Counted from the stretch's first letter, positions 29,559 to 39,918 are shown. The stretch: DNA of 64,000 nt from Minisyncoccota bacterium (GCA_041664265.1 JBAYLD010000001.1:134358-198357), one strand, 5' to 3'. Numbers and translations are program-made. The notes: generated by a model not told the origin, from the sequence alone.

Positions 29559-30395
29559 ATGAAATCAAAAAAATACAACCCTCGCGCCAAGCGGCGTCCT
29601 AGCCGGGCAAGTGCGCCTCGGCATGACAAATCTTTTGCAGGAGGAAAAGAGAAGGTCTACATCTATGGCAAGCACGCGCTCATGGAGGCCCTGCGTAATG
29701 CGCCGAAGGTGATTCGAAAGGTATTCCTCGCACCCGACTTAAAAGATGCCGAGCTGCGCGCCCTCTTAACAAAAAACGCCATCCCTACTGCTGAACTTGC
29801 TTCAGGCAAGGGCAAAGAGCTCGTGGGCAAAGACACAGTGCACCAGGGCGTCATCGCGGTCATGAACCCTGCTGCCCTACTTATGTCGTTCGATGATTTT
29901 TTGGCTGACCCTTCGCTTTGCTCAGGGTCCGCTAAAACTGCAGTAGCAGTTTTAGCGGAGATGCAGGATCCGCACAATGTCGGTGCGGTCATCCGCTCGG
30001 CCGCCGCCTTCGGCCTCTCGGCCGTCCTCATCCCCGAGCACCATCAGGCGGGCATCACGGGCGCCGTCGTGAAGAGCTCCGCCGGCATGGCCTTCCGTAT
30101 CCCGCTCGTCTCGATCGGCAACGTGAACAATGCGCTCAAGGCTCTGAAAGATAAGGGCTTCTGGATCTACGGCCTCGCAATGGATGGTAAAACGGCTCTC
30201 GGCGCAGAGGCGTTCGATGCACCGACCGCATTCGTCATCGGCAACGAGGGCGCCGGGATCCGCGAGAAGACGCTCATCGCTTGCGACGTCACGCTCGCGA
30301 TCCCCATGCACGCGCGCACCGAATCGCTCAACGCTGCTGCCTCGGCAGCCATCGTCTTCTACGAGTGGTCGAGCAAGCACCCAGAGGCGTTATGA
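29559..30395 (+). CDS. rlmB: TrmH/SpoU family RNA methyltransferase (RlmB-like)
   Basis: HQGV, QDPHNVGAVIRSA, IGNEGAG, ESLNAA. Confidence 0.85.
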   Translation: MKSKKYNPRAKRRPSRASAPRHDKSFAGGKEKVYIYGKHALMEALRNAPKVIRKVFLAPDLKDAELRALLTKNAIPTAELASGKGKELVGKDTVHQGVIAVMNPAALLMSFDDFLADPSLCSGSAKTAVAVLAEMQDPHNVGAVIRSAAAFGLSAVLIPEHHQAGITGAVVKSSAGMAFRIPLVSIGNVNNALKALKDKGFWIYGLAMDGKTALGAEAFDAPTAFVIGNEGAGIREKTLIACDVTLAIPMHARTESLNAAASAAIVFYEWSSKHPEAL

Positions 30396-31255
30396 GTGAA
30401 AAGGAGATTGTAGTGCTCTACCATGGCGGCTGCCCCGACGGCTTCAGCGGCGCCTATGCCGCGTGGAAGAAATTCGGCGATACAGCAGAATATATCCCAT
30501 TAAAACTACATGCCCGGCCGGTCCCTGAAGGACTCGCGGGCAGGCGGTTATTTTTCATTGATTTCACCTATCCGCAGGACATCATGGACGAGATCGTGAG
30601 GACCGCCGCATCGGTCACCGTTCTCGACCATCATCGAGGCATACAAGAAGTGGTTGAACGCATGCCCGAACATGTCTTTGACGAGAAGCGGTCCGGTGCG
30701 ACCATCGCGTGGAGCTACTTCCATCCGGACACTCCTGTTCCCGTTCTGCTGAGATACGTCGAGGATGGCGATCGGTACGTCTTCCAGCTCCCGGATTCTC
30801 GCGCAGTGCTCGCCTATGCCTATACACAAAAATTTACGTTTGAAGCATGGGACCAGTTGGTACAAGAGTTTGAAGATGAAAAGACGCGTGCGACATTGCT
30901 GGAGAAAGGAAAAGTGTATGCAGAGCATTTTGCCATTCTGGTCGGGCAGATCGCCAACAAAGCAAAGCTTGTGTCGTTTGAAGGCTTCACGTGCCCCCTC
31001 GTCTCTGCTGCGGACATGTTCACTTCTGATGTGGGGAATCGGCTCGCACAAGAGCGCCCGCCGCTCGGCATCGTGGTCAACTTCCGCGAGGATGTCCTCC
31101 ATGTGTCGCTCCGGAGCACTCCCGACCTGGATGTCTCGATCATCGCGCAGAAGTATGGCGGCAATGGCCACCCGCAAGCCGCCGCATTCAATGTCGCCTG
31201 GGGTTGCCCGCTCCCTTGGACCGTTTTAGAGGAACATGAGAATCCTTGCCGTTGA
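30392..31255 (+). CDS. DHH/DHHA1 family phosphoesterase
   Basis: YHGGCPDGF, FIDF, LDHH, GGNGHPQAAAF. Confidence 0.85.
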   Translation: MSEKEIVVLYHGGCPDGFSGAYAAWKKFGDTAEYIPLKLHARPVPEGLAGRRLFFIDFTYPQDIMDEIVRTAASVTVLDHHRGIQEVVERMPEHVFDEKRSGATIAWSYFHPDTPVPVLLRYVEDGDRYVFQLPDSRAVLAYAYTQKFTFEAWDQLVQEFEDEKTRATLLEKGKVYAEHFAILVGQIANKAKLVSFEGFTCPLVSAADMFTSDVGNRLAQERPPLGIVVNFREDVLHVSLRSTPDLDVSIIAQKYGGNGHPQAAAFNVAWGCPLPWTVLEEHENPCR

Positions 31256-32534
31256 AACCTCTTGTGACGAGACTGCCATCGCGATTCTTGAATGCAGTGG
31301 CGACCCCTCGGCAGGACTCGGGACAAGTGAAAACGCGACCTGTACCGTGCTCGGGAACGCGCTCCTCTCGCAGATAGACCTGCACAAGCAGTATGGCGGC
31401 GTCTTCCCCGCGCTCGCCAAACGTGAGCATGCGAAGAATCTCGTGCCGATCCTCGAAGCGGCACTTGAGGAGGCGGAGTGTGTTCGGAAAGGAAAACAGA
31501 TGATATCTGATGGGCTGTTGGCCGAAGTTGAGGCTATGTTGGCGCGTGAGCCCGGCCTTACCGAAGCCTTTTTCGCTTTTGTCTCTGAATGCGAACCGCC
31601 AGCGATCGACGCGATTGCGGTTACCGCGGGTCCCGGACTTGAGCCCGCGCTCTGGGTCGGCATCAACTTCGCGAAGGCGCTCGCTCTCGTATGGCAGAAG
31701 CCGCTCGTCGCAGTGAATCATATGGAGGGACATATTCTCGCTGCCATCGCGCAAAGAACACAAGGAGACACCTCGCCTTCGCGAGGAGTCACCTTGCGCA
31801 AATCCGAAACAGAAAAATTAGAAATTAAAAATGTACAATTTCCAATACTCGCACTGCTGATATCCGGCGGACATACCCAACTTGTGCTGATGAAAAAATG
31901 GCTTGAGTATGAGCTCGTCGGCGAGACGCGCGACGATGCCGTCGGCGAGGCCTTCGATAAGGTCGCGCGCATGCTCGCGCTCCCCTATCCGGGCGGGCCA
32001 GAGATCTCGCGCCTCGCTGAAGAAGTCAGACAGGAATGTCAGGACATCGGAAGTCCCACATCAGATGTGGGACTTCCGATGTCCCACACATGGGCGAAAC
32101 TGCCGCGGCCGATGATTAACGAAAATAGCTGCGACTTCTCATTTGCAGGATTGAAAACCGCGGTGTTGAACCTTTTGAAAAAGGTCCCCGATATCCGCGA
32201 CGAAGACAAGAAGCATATCGCCCACGAGTTCGAAAACGCCGTCACTGACGTATTGTGGAAGAAGACTGCGCGTGCGCTCAAAGAGACGGGAGCCAAGACG
32301 CTCGTCATCGGCGGCGGCGTCTCGGCGAATACTCATATCAAACGCACCTTCCGAGAAAACATCGCTCAAGAATTCGGGAATATCGATCTTCGCATACCGA
32401 AGGCGAGCCTCTCGACCGACAACGCCATCATGATCGGGCTCGCCGGCTACTATCGCGCCTTACGCGAAGAAGTTGTCCAACCTTCCGACGAACTCAAAGC
32501 AAACGGTAATCTCTCTCTCGCAAAAAAGCCCTGA
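31236..32534 (+). CDS. tsaD: tRNA N6-adenosine threonylcarbamoyltransferase
   Basis: ETSCDETA, NHMEGH, SGGHT, DDAVGEAFDKVAR, GGVSAN, TDNAIMI. Confidence 0.95.
   Translation: MRILAVETSCDETAIAILECSGDPSAGLGTSENATCTVLGNALLSQIDLHKQYGGVFPALAKREHAKNLVPILEAALEEAECVRKGKQMISDGLLAEVEAMLAREPGLTEAFFAFVSECEPPAIDAIAVTAGPGLEPALWVGINFAKALALVWQKPLVAVNHMEGHILAAIAQRTQGDTSPSRGVTLRKSETEKLEIKNVQFPILALLISGGHTQLVLMKKWLEYELVGETRDDAVGEAFDKVARMLALPYPGGPEISRLAEEVRQECQDIGSPTSDVGLPMSHTWAKLPRPMINENSCDFSFAGLKTAVLNLLKKVPDIRDEDKKHIAHEFENAVTDVLWKKTARALKETGAKTLVIGGGVSANTHIKRTFRENIAQEFGNIDLRIPKASLSTDNAIMIGLAGYYRALREEVVQPSDELKANGNLSLAKKP
32042..32084. repeat. Perfect REP doublet palindrome inside tsaD
   Basis: ggacatcggaagtcccacatc-a-gatgtgggacttccgatgtcc with 21-bp arms. 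Confidence 0.85.
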
Positions 32535-32551
32535 TCTGCTATATTTTCAAC

Positions 32552-34624
32552 ATGGATGAGAAGTTTTTAAAGCCCTACGATGCCGCTGCGACCGAGCCGC
32601 GGATATATGAAGAATGGGAGCAAAGCGGCTTTTTCAACCCGGACAACTTGCCCACCGAACTCCTTTTGCAGACCGAAGGTAAAGCCTACACCATCGTCAT
32701 GCCGCCGCCAAACTCGAACGGTGATCTTCATGCCGGTCACGCGCTATTCATAACGATCGAAGATATCCTTACTCGCTTCAAACGCATGCAGGGCTACCGA
32801 GCACTGTGGATACCGGGTGCTGATCACGCTGGATTCGAGACCCAAGTTGTCTACGAAAAAAAGCTCGAAAAAGAAGGCCGCTCGCGTTTCAGTATGGACC
32901 CAGGGGAGCTCTACAAGGAGATCCTTGCTTTCACCCTTGAGAATAAGAAAAAAATGGAGAAACAGGTCCGTGCTCTCGGCGCATCTTGCGACTGGTCGCG
33001 CGAGAAATTCACACTCGATCCGGACGTTGTCGAGAACGTGCAGAAAACGTTCGTGAAGATGTTTGACGATGGCCTCATCTATCGCGGTCAGCGTACAGTG
33101 AATTGGTGCCCGAAACATCAGACATCTCTTTCAGATGTGGAAACAGATTCTGTCGAAGAAAACACGCCGTTCTATACGTTTAAATACGGGCCTTTCAATA
33201 TCGGCACTGTGCGTCCGGAAACAAAATTCGGTGACAAATATGTCGTTATGCACCCAAATGACGCGCGCTATAAGAGCTGGAAGCATGGACAGACGCTCGA
33301 AGTTGAATGGATCAATGGCCCCATTACAGCAACGGTCATTAAGGATAGCGCTGTCGACATGGAATTCGGCACCGGCGTAATGACTATTACGCCATGGCAC
33401 TCGCAGGTGGACTTTGAGATCGCACAACGGCACGGGCTTGAGATGGAACAGATTATTGACTGGCGCGGCAGGCTCCTCCCTATCGCCGGAGAATTCGCCG
33501 GCATGAAAATAGCCGAGGCGCGTGCAAAGGTTGTCGAAAGACTCGCTGCAAAAGGCCTCTTAATCTCAACGGATGAAAAGTATCAGAACGTCGTAAAGCG
33601 TTGCTATAAATGCGCGACAATGATAGAGCCTCAGGTTAAAGACCAATGGTTCGTGAAGATGGCGTCCTTAGGAAATATGGCCATAACTGCAGTCAACAAG
33701 GGCGCGGTGAGATTCATCCCGAATAATTATGAAAAGATATTCCGTTATTGGATGGAAAACACGCTCGACTGGAACATCAGCCGCCAGATAGTCTGGGGCA
33801 TTCCGATTCCTGCGTGGGAAAAAAACGGGGAGTGGAAAGCCAGTCTCGAGTCCCCAGGTGACGGTTGGACAAAAGACGTGGATACGTTCGATACGTGGTT
33901 TTCTTCTGGCCAATGGCCGTTACTCACGACCGGGTACCCGGACGGAAAAGATTTTAGTACCTACTATCCAACCGACGTGATGGAAACCGGTCATGATCTC
34001 ATTTTCAAATGGGTACCGCGTATGGTCATCTTCGGACTTTATCTCTCAGATCAACCGCCCTTCCATACGGTATATCTTCACGGCCTGGTAAACGATGCGA
34101 ATGGCAAGAAAATGAGCAAGTCGAAAGGTAACGTCGTCTCACCGCTCTCTCTCACCGAGAAGTACGGCACGGATGCGCTCCGCATGGCGCTCATTGTCGG
34201 TAATACGGCAGGGACAGATCTAGCGCTTCGTGAGGATAAAGTGAAGGGCTACAAGCACTTCGCGAATAAGCTCTGGAACATTGCACGATTTGTGCTTTCG
34301 CAGGAACGCACAGGAGAGATCAAGAGGGATCTAAAATCTGAATTCGATGCGCTTGCAGTCGAAATTTCTGAAGATATTGAAGAATTTCGTATCTACATGG
34401 CTGCAGAGAAGCTTTATCACTATCTTTGGCATCGTTTTGCAGATGAAATCATCGAAGAAAGCAAAGGCAAGGTCGAATACAGCGCGACGCTTTACTACAT
34501 CTTAGAGAATTCGCTCAAGCTCCTCCACCCCTTCATGCCCTTCGTCACCGAAGAGATTTATCAGTCGCTACCCACAAAAGACTCTCAATTCCTCATGATC
34601 GCGCGCTGGCCAGTGGTAGAATAG
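32552..34624 (+). CDS. valS: Valine--tRNA ligase (short, no C-terminal coiled coil)
   Basis: PPPN..LHAGHA, DHAG, DWNISRQIVWG, DTWFSS, KMSKS. Confidence 0.95.
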   Translation: MDEKFLKPYDAAATEPRIYEEWEQSGFFNPDNLPTELLLQTEGKAYTIVMPPPNSNGDLHAGHALFITIEDILTRFKRMQGYRALWIPGADHAGFETQVVYEKKLEKEGRSRFSMDPGELYKEILAFTLENKKKMEKQVRALGASCDWSREKFTLDPDVVENVQKTFVKMFDDGLIYRGQRTVNWCPKHQTSLSDVETDSVEENTPFYTFKYGPFNIGTVRPETKFGDKYVVMHPNDARYKSWKHGQTLEVEWINGPITATVIKDSAVDMEFGTGVMTITPWHSQVDFEIAQRHGLEMEQIIDWRGRLLPIAGEFAGMKIAEARAKVVERLAAKGLLISTDEKYQNVVKRCYKCATMIEPQVKDQWFVKMASLGNMAITAVNKGAVRFIPNNYEKIFRYWMENTLDWNISRQIVWGIPIPAWEKNGEWKASLESPGDGWTKDVDTFDTWFSSGQWPLLTTGYPDGKDFSTYYPTDVMETGHDLIFKWVPRMVIFGLYLSDQPPFHTVYLHGLVNDANGKKMSKSKGNVVSPLSLTEKYGTDALRMALIVGNTAGTDLALREDKVKGYKHFANKLWNIARFVLSQERTGEIKRDLKSEFDALAVEISEDIEEFRIYMAAEKLYHYLWHRFADEIIEESKGKVEYSATLYYILENSLKLLHPFMPFVTEEIYQSLPTKDSQFLMIARWPVVE

Positions 34625-34628
34625 ACGG

Positions 34629-35324
34629 GTGACCCTCCCCATTCTCGGCTATGCGTTTCTCGGCGGCCTCCTGCCCTCGTTCGTCTGGCTCTACTTTCTC
34701 CTCAAGGAGGATGCGCGCCATCCAGAGCCGAAGTCGCTCATCGCGCTCACCTTCATAGCTGGCATGCTGGCAGTGCCGCTCGCACTCCCGCTCGAACAAT
34801 ATGCAAAGACCCATCTTACCGGGGATTTTTCCGTCTTTACCACATGGGCGCTCATCGAAGAAACATTAAAATACGCCATGGCAGCTGCCTTCATCCTCTG
34901 GCGCAAGGCGGTCGACGAGGCACCCGATTATGTCATCTACCTGATCACCGTCGCGCTCGGCTTCGCTGCCGCAGAGAACATACTCTTCCTCATCACTCCG
35001 CTCATGGACGGAAATATCGCCCATAGCATATTCACAGGCGACGTGCGTTTCCTCGGTTCATCGCTCCTGCACGTGGTCGCATCCGCCGCGATCGGCTTCT
35101 CGATCGCCTTTTCCATGAAAAGCCGTCCGGCTGTTCGCGTAGCGGCAACAGGACTGGGACTTATCCTCGCCGTCGTGTTGCACACTGCCTTTAACATGCT
35201 TATTATTAGCCAAGGTACTTCGACCACGCTTGCCGCATTCTTTCTTGTCTGGATGATTGCCGTCGTCTTCTTCGCAGCGTTTGAAGTACTGAAATATTTC
35301 CAGTATCGTACCCTATCTTATTAA
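34629..35324 (+). CDS. PrsW family intramembrane metalloprotease
   Basis: HPEP, IEETLK, GFAAAEN, LLH, LHTAFN. Confidence 0.88.
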   Translation: MTLPILGYAFLGGLLPSFVWLYFLLKEDARHPEPKSLIALTFIAGMLAVPLALPLEQYAKTHLTGDFSVFTTWALIEETLKYAMAAAFILWRKAVDEAPDYVIYLITVALGFAAAENILFLITPLMDGNIAHSIFTGDVRFLGSSLLHVVASAAIGFSIAFSMKSRPAVRVAATGLGLILAVVLHTAFNMLIISQGTSTTLAAFFLVWMIAVVFFAAFEVLKYFQYRTLSY

Positions 35325-35336
35325 CACTTTTGAACT

Positions 35337-35834
35337 ATGGCCCTGAAGCATTCATTTTTCGAACGCCTTTCTGGCAGCCCCTCGGTTGGCGACACGTTTG
35401 ATTCGTTCGATGAGGATCTACCGACCACGACCATACCCGCGCACAAAGAGTCGCGTGCCCATGCGGCCCGCCCGGCGCCGCTCGATGACGATGCTCTAGG
35501 GAGCGAAGGCCAGCTCCCAGTCGATGTGCACCAGACCGAGAGCGATATCATCATCCGCGCTTTCGTTGCGGGAGTACGTCCCGATGAGCTCAACATTTCG
35601 ATAAGCCGCGACATGGTAGAGATCGCTGGTTCGCGCATGGAGCGCGAACAGACCTCTGGCCCCGACTATTTCACCCGGGAGCTCTTCTGGGGTTCGTTCT
35701 CGCGGGCGATCATGCTCCCTCAAGAGATCGATGTCGAGGCCTCCTCGGCGAGCGCCAAGGACGGTCTCCTCACTATCATTCTCCCCAAACTCGATAAGGC
35801 GAAGCAGACGAAGCTGAAGGTGAAGTCGGGCTAG
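35337..35834 (+). CDS. Hsp20 family small heat shock protein
   Basis: PVDVHQT, RELFWGSFSR.I.LP, KDGLLTIILPK. Confidence 0.92.
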   Translation: MALKHSFFERLSGSPSVGDTFDSFDEDLPTTTIPAHKESRAHAARPAPLDDDALGSEGQLPVDVHQTESDIIIRAFVAGVRPDELNISISRDMVEIAGSRMEREQTSGPDYFTRELFWGSFSRAIMLPQEIDVEASSASAKDGLLTIILPKLDKAKQTKLKVKSG

Positions 35835-36907
35835 GGCAACACAATCACTTTTTGCGGCGGTTCGACCGCCACGATCTCAACTATAAACGGCAAGCGCGCG
35901 ATGCGGCGGCCATCGACCGTCTCCACGACAACACGCCACTTCCCCGACTGGCGTATCGGTACGGTAGAATAGCCGCGATACCCGCCATCGCGGCCGCCCA
36001 CGATCTGATACGCGATCACCGATTTTGTTACCCACTCTTTCTCTACCGAGTCATACCACTGCCAGCGGTGCACGATGGTCGTGGTTAATTTTGTCGGCGC
36101 AAAGACAGAACTGTAGGCGAATAATGATCCTCCCGGCACGACATGCCGCGTCGGCGTAAAGCCGAGATACCTGACCCGCCAAGGATCCGGCTCGCTCCGG
36201 GCCATATAGGCGCCCGGCACCCGCGACACCGAATGATACACGCCAGCCGGTCCTGATGAGAGCGGCAGCGGCGGGAGTATATTAGTGAAGTAGGACGCGG
36301 TAAAGACGATAAAGACGCCGAGGGCGCCCGCACGGATGCGCCAGACATCGGCAAGGAAGCGTTCTCGCCCAAGCACACGCAGGAGCGCGGTAAAGAGAGC
36401 AAACACACCTATCGCCATGAGGCCGCTTAAAAGAAAGGTCCCTGTCCCGAGTGTCTTGGTATATATCGGCACTGCGAAAATGGCATACGAATAGAGTGCG
36501 AAGAAGAAGAGCACGCTCGTGAAGACGATCTGCTCATGAGATCGGTAGAAGTATTCGTTCCCGAGAAATACAAGCAAAAGGATAAGAAGGAACGGCCATG
36601 ACACGCTCACATCTGCCGATCTGCCATAGAAAACGACAAAGCCGCTCCAGAAACCCCCGAAGGTGAATTGCGTTATAAGCGGGACGATAGAACGCCACCG
36701 TGAACTTGCCTTCTCGTGAGATTCCATCCAGTGATGCAGCGGGATGGTGATGAAGCAAATGGCTGTATACGCCGCAAAGACTATTTGCGTCTGCCAGAGA
36801 TCAATGCGCTCAAAGAACACGGTATCCGCAATGAATCCCGCAACTACCGCAAAGGCAGAAAGGTGTTTTTCATACTTTTGCACCCACCCAGAGATCTTCT
36901 GCTGCAT
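35831..36907 (-). CDS. Multi-TM membrane protein with DUF2914-like C-terminus
   Basis: Many TMs, then VFAP..L...IVHRW...GGRDGGYRGYS...GKWRVVVET; start MQQK after tRNA-Phe. Confidence 0.75.
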   Translation of the reverse strand: MQQKISGWVQKYEKHLSAFAVVAGFIADTVFFERIDLWQTQIVFAAYTAICFITIPLHHWMESHEKASSRWRSIVPLITQFTFGGFWSGFVVFYGRSADVSVSWPFLLILLLVFLGNEYFYRSHEQIVFTSVLFFFALYSYAIFAVPIYTKTLGTGTFLLSGLMAIGVFALFTALLRVLGRERFLADVWRIRAGALGVFIVFTASYFTNILPPLPLSSGPAGVYHSVSRVPGAYMARSEPDPWRVRYLGFTPTRHVVPGGSLFAYSSVFAPTKLTTTIVHRWQWYDSVEKEWVTKSVIAYQIVGGRDGGYRGYSTVPIRQSGKWRVVVETVDGRRIARLPFIVEIVAVEPPQKVIVLP

Positions 36908-36912
36908 AGCGG

Positions 36913-36985
36913 TGCTTGGACCCGGGCTCGAACCGGGGACCCCTTCCTCTTCAGGGAAGTGCTCTACCAACTGAGCTATCCAAGC
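36913..36985 (-). tRNA. tRNA-Phe(GAA)
   Basis: gcttgga acceptor; cttcc-ctGAAga-ggaag. Confidence 0.92.
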
Positions 36986-37081
36986 GAGTGAGCGAACAAT
37001 AGGAAACATACCATGTTTTCTATTTTGAGCGAACGAGCTTGAGAAAAGCGTGCGAGCAACGCTTATCCAAGCATTGAGAGC

Positions 37082-37384
37082 CTATTGCTCTTCTGTATAG
37101 GAGTCTATCAGCTTTTGTATATCAGTGGAAGTTGGGAGGCCGAGGAAGCCGGAAGTGGTTGTGGTAGACACGCCAGAAAGCTCCGAGATCTTATCGATAG
37201 TCGGCGCTAAGTATTCTTTATACAGATAGAGCGGCAGAGCGAGCACGACAACCCAGATGATAATCGTGCTGAGGAAACTCAACCATTGGCTCCGGCGGAC
37301 CGCGCGCAACATGCGATGATTATCCTTCGCGAGCGCGTGTGTCTCTTCAAGCAGATCTCGCAATTCTGGGTCCATAGAAGGCAT
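37082..37384 (-). CDS. Hypothetical single-TM protein
   Basis: LLEETHALAKDNHRML.. followed by a TM helix. Confidence 0.65.
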   Translation of the reverse strand: MPSMDPELRDLLEETHALAKDNHRMLRAVRRSQWLSFLSTIIIWVVVLALPLYLYKEYLAPTIDKISELSGVSTTTTSGFLGLPTSTDIQKLIDSYTEEQ

Positions 37385-37776
37385 TAGTCTATGTGGAGGA
37401 GAGCCTTCACTTTGCTGCTAATTTCATCAGGGTTGAAATACGCTTTGACGAGATAGTCATTGGCGCCCAGGGTGCGCGCCTTCGCGACATCTTCATCTTG
37501 CCCCAGATTCGTCAGCATAATGACCGGGACCTTTGCCACACGCTCGTTCGTATGAGCACGGATCTTCTCCAACACTCCAAATCCATCAATATTGGGCAGA
37601 ATGATGTCTAGGAGGACAATGTCCGGCATCTCCTCTTCGACTTTTTTTAACGCCTCTTCCCCATCAAGCGCTACGACAACGTTGAAACCCTCTTTCGTGA
37701 GCTTCATTGAACAGATTTCCCGCAGCATCTGCTCATCTTCGACTAACAACACTTTCTTGTTCCCTGTATCCGGCAT
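37384..37776 (-). CDS. Single-domain response regulator
   Basis: VLLVEDE, LLDIILP..DG, MLTN, YLVK. Confidence 0.92.
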   Translation of the reverse strand: MPDTGNKKVLLVEDEQMLREICSMKLTKEGFNVVVALDGEEALKKVEEEMPDIVLLDIILPNIDGFGVLEKIRAHTNERVAKVPVIMLTNLGQDEDVAKARTLGANDYLVKAYFNPDEISSKVKALLHID

Positions 37777-37797
37777 ACGGTATGTCTGATATACCGA

Positions 37798-38625
37798 TTA
37801 CCCTTGCTGCAACGGTTGTGGCGTGGCCGCCACGACAGGCTCGTCCTGCCCAAACAAAGTGATACCCGAGGCGAGCGTCAAGAAGCCTAACAAGGTGAGG
37901 ATATCCGCCACTAAGAATTGCACCGATGTCTGTGCGACATCATGAAGCGGGCCGCCGGCGGTGGTGATAATAAAACCGACACTTATCACAATTGAACGAA
38001 TAAGAGCCATCCGGTTATGGCGCGACTTAATAGCATTCCAGATGAACATGACTACGGCGACACCCCAGCTCAAAAGTACGATGATCGGGATAAGTTTGCC
38101 GACCAAGGGATCGGCATTAAAGAAGGTGATCCCGGTCGCGCTCTCATAGACAGGGTGATTTGGCTTGATGATATTTATATAGGTGATACCGAGGCCGAAA
38201 AGGCTTATGAGAGACGCAGCATAATATTTAACCTTTTTCCCCGGGAACGAGAGCTCCAGAGGGACCATAAGTGAGAAGGCCAAACTGAGGTAGAGGAACA
38301 CGTGACCAACGATGTACCCCCAATTCATTACTATGGGAAACAGCGCTGCATCGATGTAGAGGATGACATGCGACAACCCCATAATGAGCTGGAAGATGCC
38401 GACCGTCACGAAGAAATACATGAAGTAAGCTTTTGCAGGGCTGGTGGCCTGCTTCGTGGCCAGATCACGCCACAGCTTACCGCCGATCAATATCAAGATG
38501 ATGCTGTCAATCGTGTGGACGAAGCCCGTCAGCGGAAAAACGACAACCTTCTGGAGCGGCAAGGCGAGGAGATAAAAGAGCGAGACGGCCAAAAACGTCA
38601 AGATATAGGTGGTTATTTGTTTCAT
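37798..38625 (-). CDS. Multi-TM membrane protein (possible sensor partner)
   Basis: About 7-8 hydrophobic helices, located between the kinase and the regulator. Confidence 0.65.
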   Translation of the reverse strand: MKQITTYILTFLAVSLFYLLALPLQKVVVFPLTGFVHTIDSIILILIGGKLWRDLATKQATSPAKAYFMYFFVTVGIFQLIMGLSHVILYIDAALFPIVMNWGYIVGHVFLYLSLAFSLMVPLELSFPGKKVKYYAASLISLFGLGITYINIIKPNHPVYESATGITFFNADPLVGKLIPIIVLLSWGVAVVMFIWNAIKSRHNRMALIRSIVISVGFIITTAGGPLHDVAQTSVQFLVADILTLLGFLTLASGITLFGQDEPVVAATPQPLQQG

Positions 38626-38698
38626 AGGGTGCTTATATTATACACGTCCGCAGGCGGGGGGAGGCAGTAAGGGTGTGTACAGAGCAGCTACACAGCTA

Positions 38699-39850
38699 TC
38701 AGAGCGTTTGGAAAAAATCTTCAAACGTAAGCTCTTTTGTCGGGAGCATTCCTTCTTCTATCGGGATGGTGAAGTGGAAGGTGGAACCGACGTTCTCTTC
38801 GGATTCCACGCTAATTTCTCCGCCGTGGTTCAGAATGATATTTTTAGTGATGAACAAGCCGAGGCCTGAACCTTCGGTCTGCTGTTTAACCGCGTTCTCA
38901 CCCCGAAAGAACTTCGTAAAGATGCGGTCCATGTTGGCCTTCGGTATGCCGATCCCCTGGTCAGAGATACGCACCTCCAGGAAATGCTCTTTGTGCCGCG
39001 CAACGCTGATGGTAATATGGCCACCCCGCTTTGAATATTTAATGGCGTTGCCTAAGAGATTATCCATCGCCAATTTAATTTTTTCTTTATCGAGCTTGAC
39101 CTTTGGTATGTCGGGCTCTGGATTGAAGAGGACCTCTATAGTATGCTCCTTTGCCAACAGGGAATTAGTCGCGATTGAGTCGGCGATTATTTCTGTGATG
39201 TTGCTCTGCGTAAAGGTGTATCCGAACTTCCCTTCTTCAACTTTAGCCGCGTTTAACAGATCGCCGACGAGCAGGATGATGCGATCATTCGATTCGCTCC
39301 CTCTCTGGAGCATATCTTGCTGCTCTTTCGTCACGATACCCAAATCCCCTTTTTTAACCGTATCAATCGCCCATTTGATGGCGGTGAGCGGCGTCCGCAA
39401 CTGATGCGCGGCAATCGAGATGAATTCGCTTTTCAAGTGGGATATCATTTCAAATCTCTTGCGGTTTTCTTCGAACTCTTGCCGGGTGGTGTCTAGAGAA
39501 TCGCTTAACTGGGCAATCTCTTTTAAAGAATTGTCTGTTGCCGCTATTTTTGTGGTCAAGTCGCCCTTCCCCAGCCGATCGACGCTGGCGATGATCTCGT
39601 TAAATGGATCAAAAAATGACCTCGTGATACGGCGAAACGCGAACGTATAAAAAAGAAATGTGGCCACGAGCGAGAGGATAACGTCGACACCAACCTTCTG
39701 GATGAAAACCATTTGAGCACCACTATCGTATGTATCTTGATACAAAACGTATGCCAACCCGAAAATAGACGCGATATTAATTAATACCAACGGGAGGATG
39801 GTAACCAACGGAAATATATATTTGAGAGAGACCTTCTCGTCAGGCGGCAT
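38699..39850 (-). CDS. HAMP-domain sensor histidine kinase
   Basis: AAHQLRTPLT, NLLGNAIKY, DQGIGI, GSGLGL. Confidence 0.92.
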   Translation of the reverse strand: MPPDEKVSLKYIFPLVTILPLVLINIASIFGLAYVLYQDTYDSGAQMVFIQKVGVDVILSLVATFLFYTFAFRRITRSFFDPFNEIIASVDRLGKGDLTTKIAATDNSLKEIAQLSDSLDTTRQEFEENRKRFEMISHLKSEFISIAAHQLRTPLTAIKWAIDTVKKGDLGIVTKEQQDMLQRGSESNDRIILLVGDLLNAAKVEEGKFGYTFTQSNITEIIADSIATNSLLAKEHTIEVLFNPEPDIPKVKLDKEKIKLAMDNLLGNAIKYSKRGGHITISVARHKEHFLEVRISDQGIGIPKANMDRIFTKFFRGENAVKQQTEGSGLGLFITKNIILNHGGEISVESEENVGSTFHFTIPIEEGMLPTKELTFEDFFQTL

Positions 39851-39918
39851 ACGCACATCATACCAGTAAAAAAATCGAGCGACCGCTGGTTGTTTACCAT
39901 TGGCTGCCCGTGTCCTGC

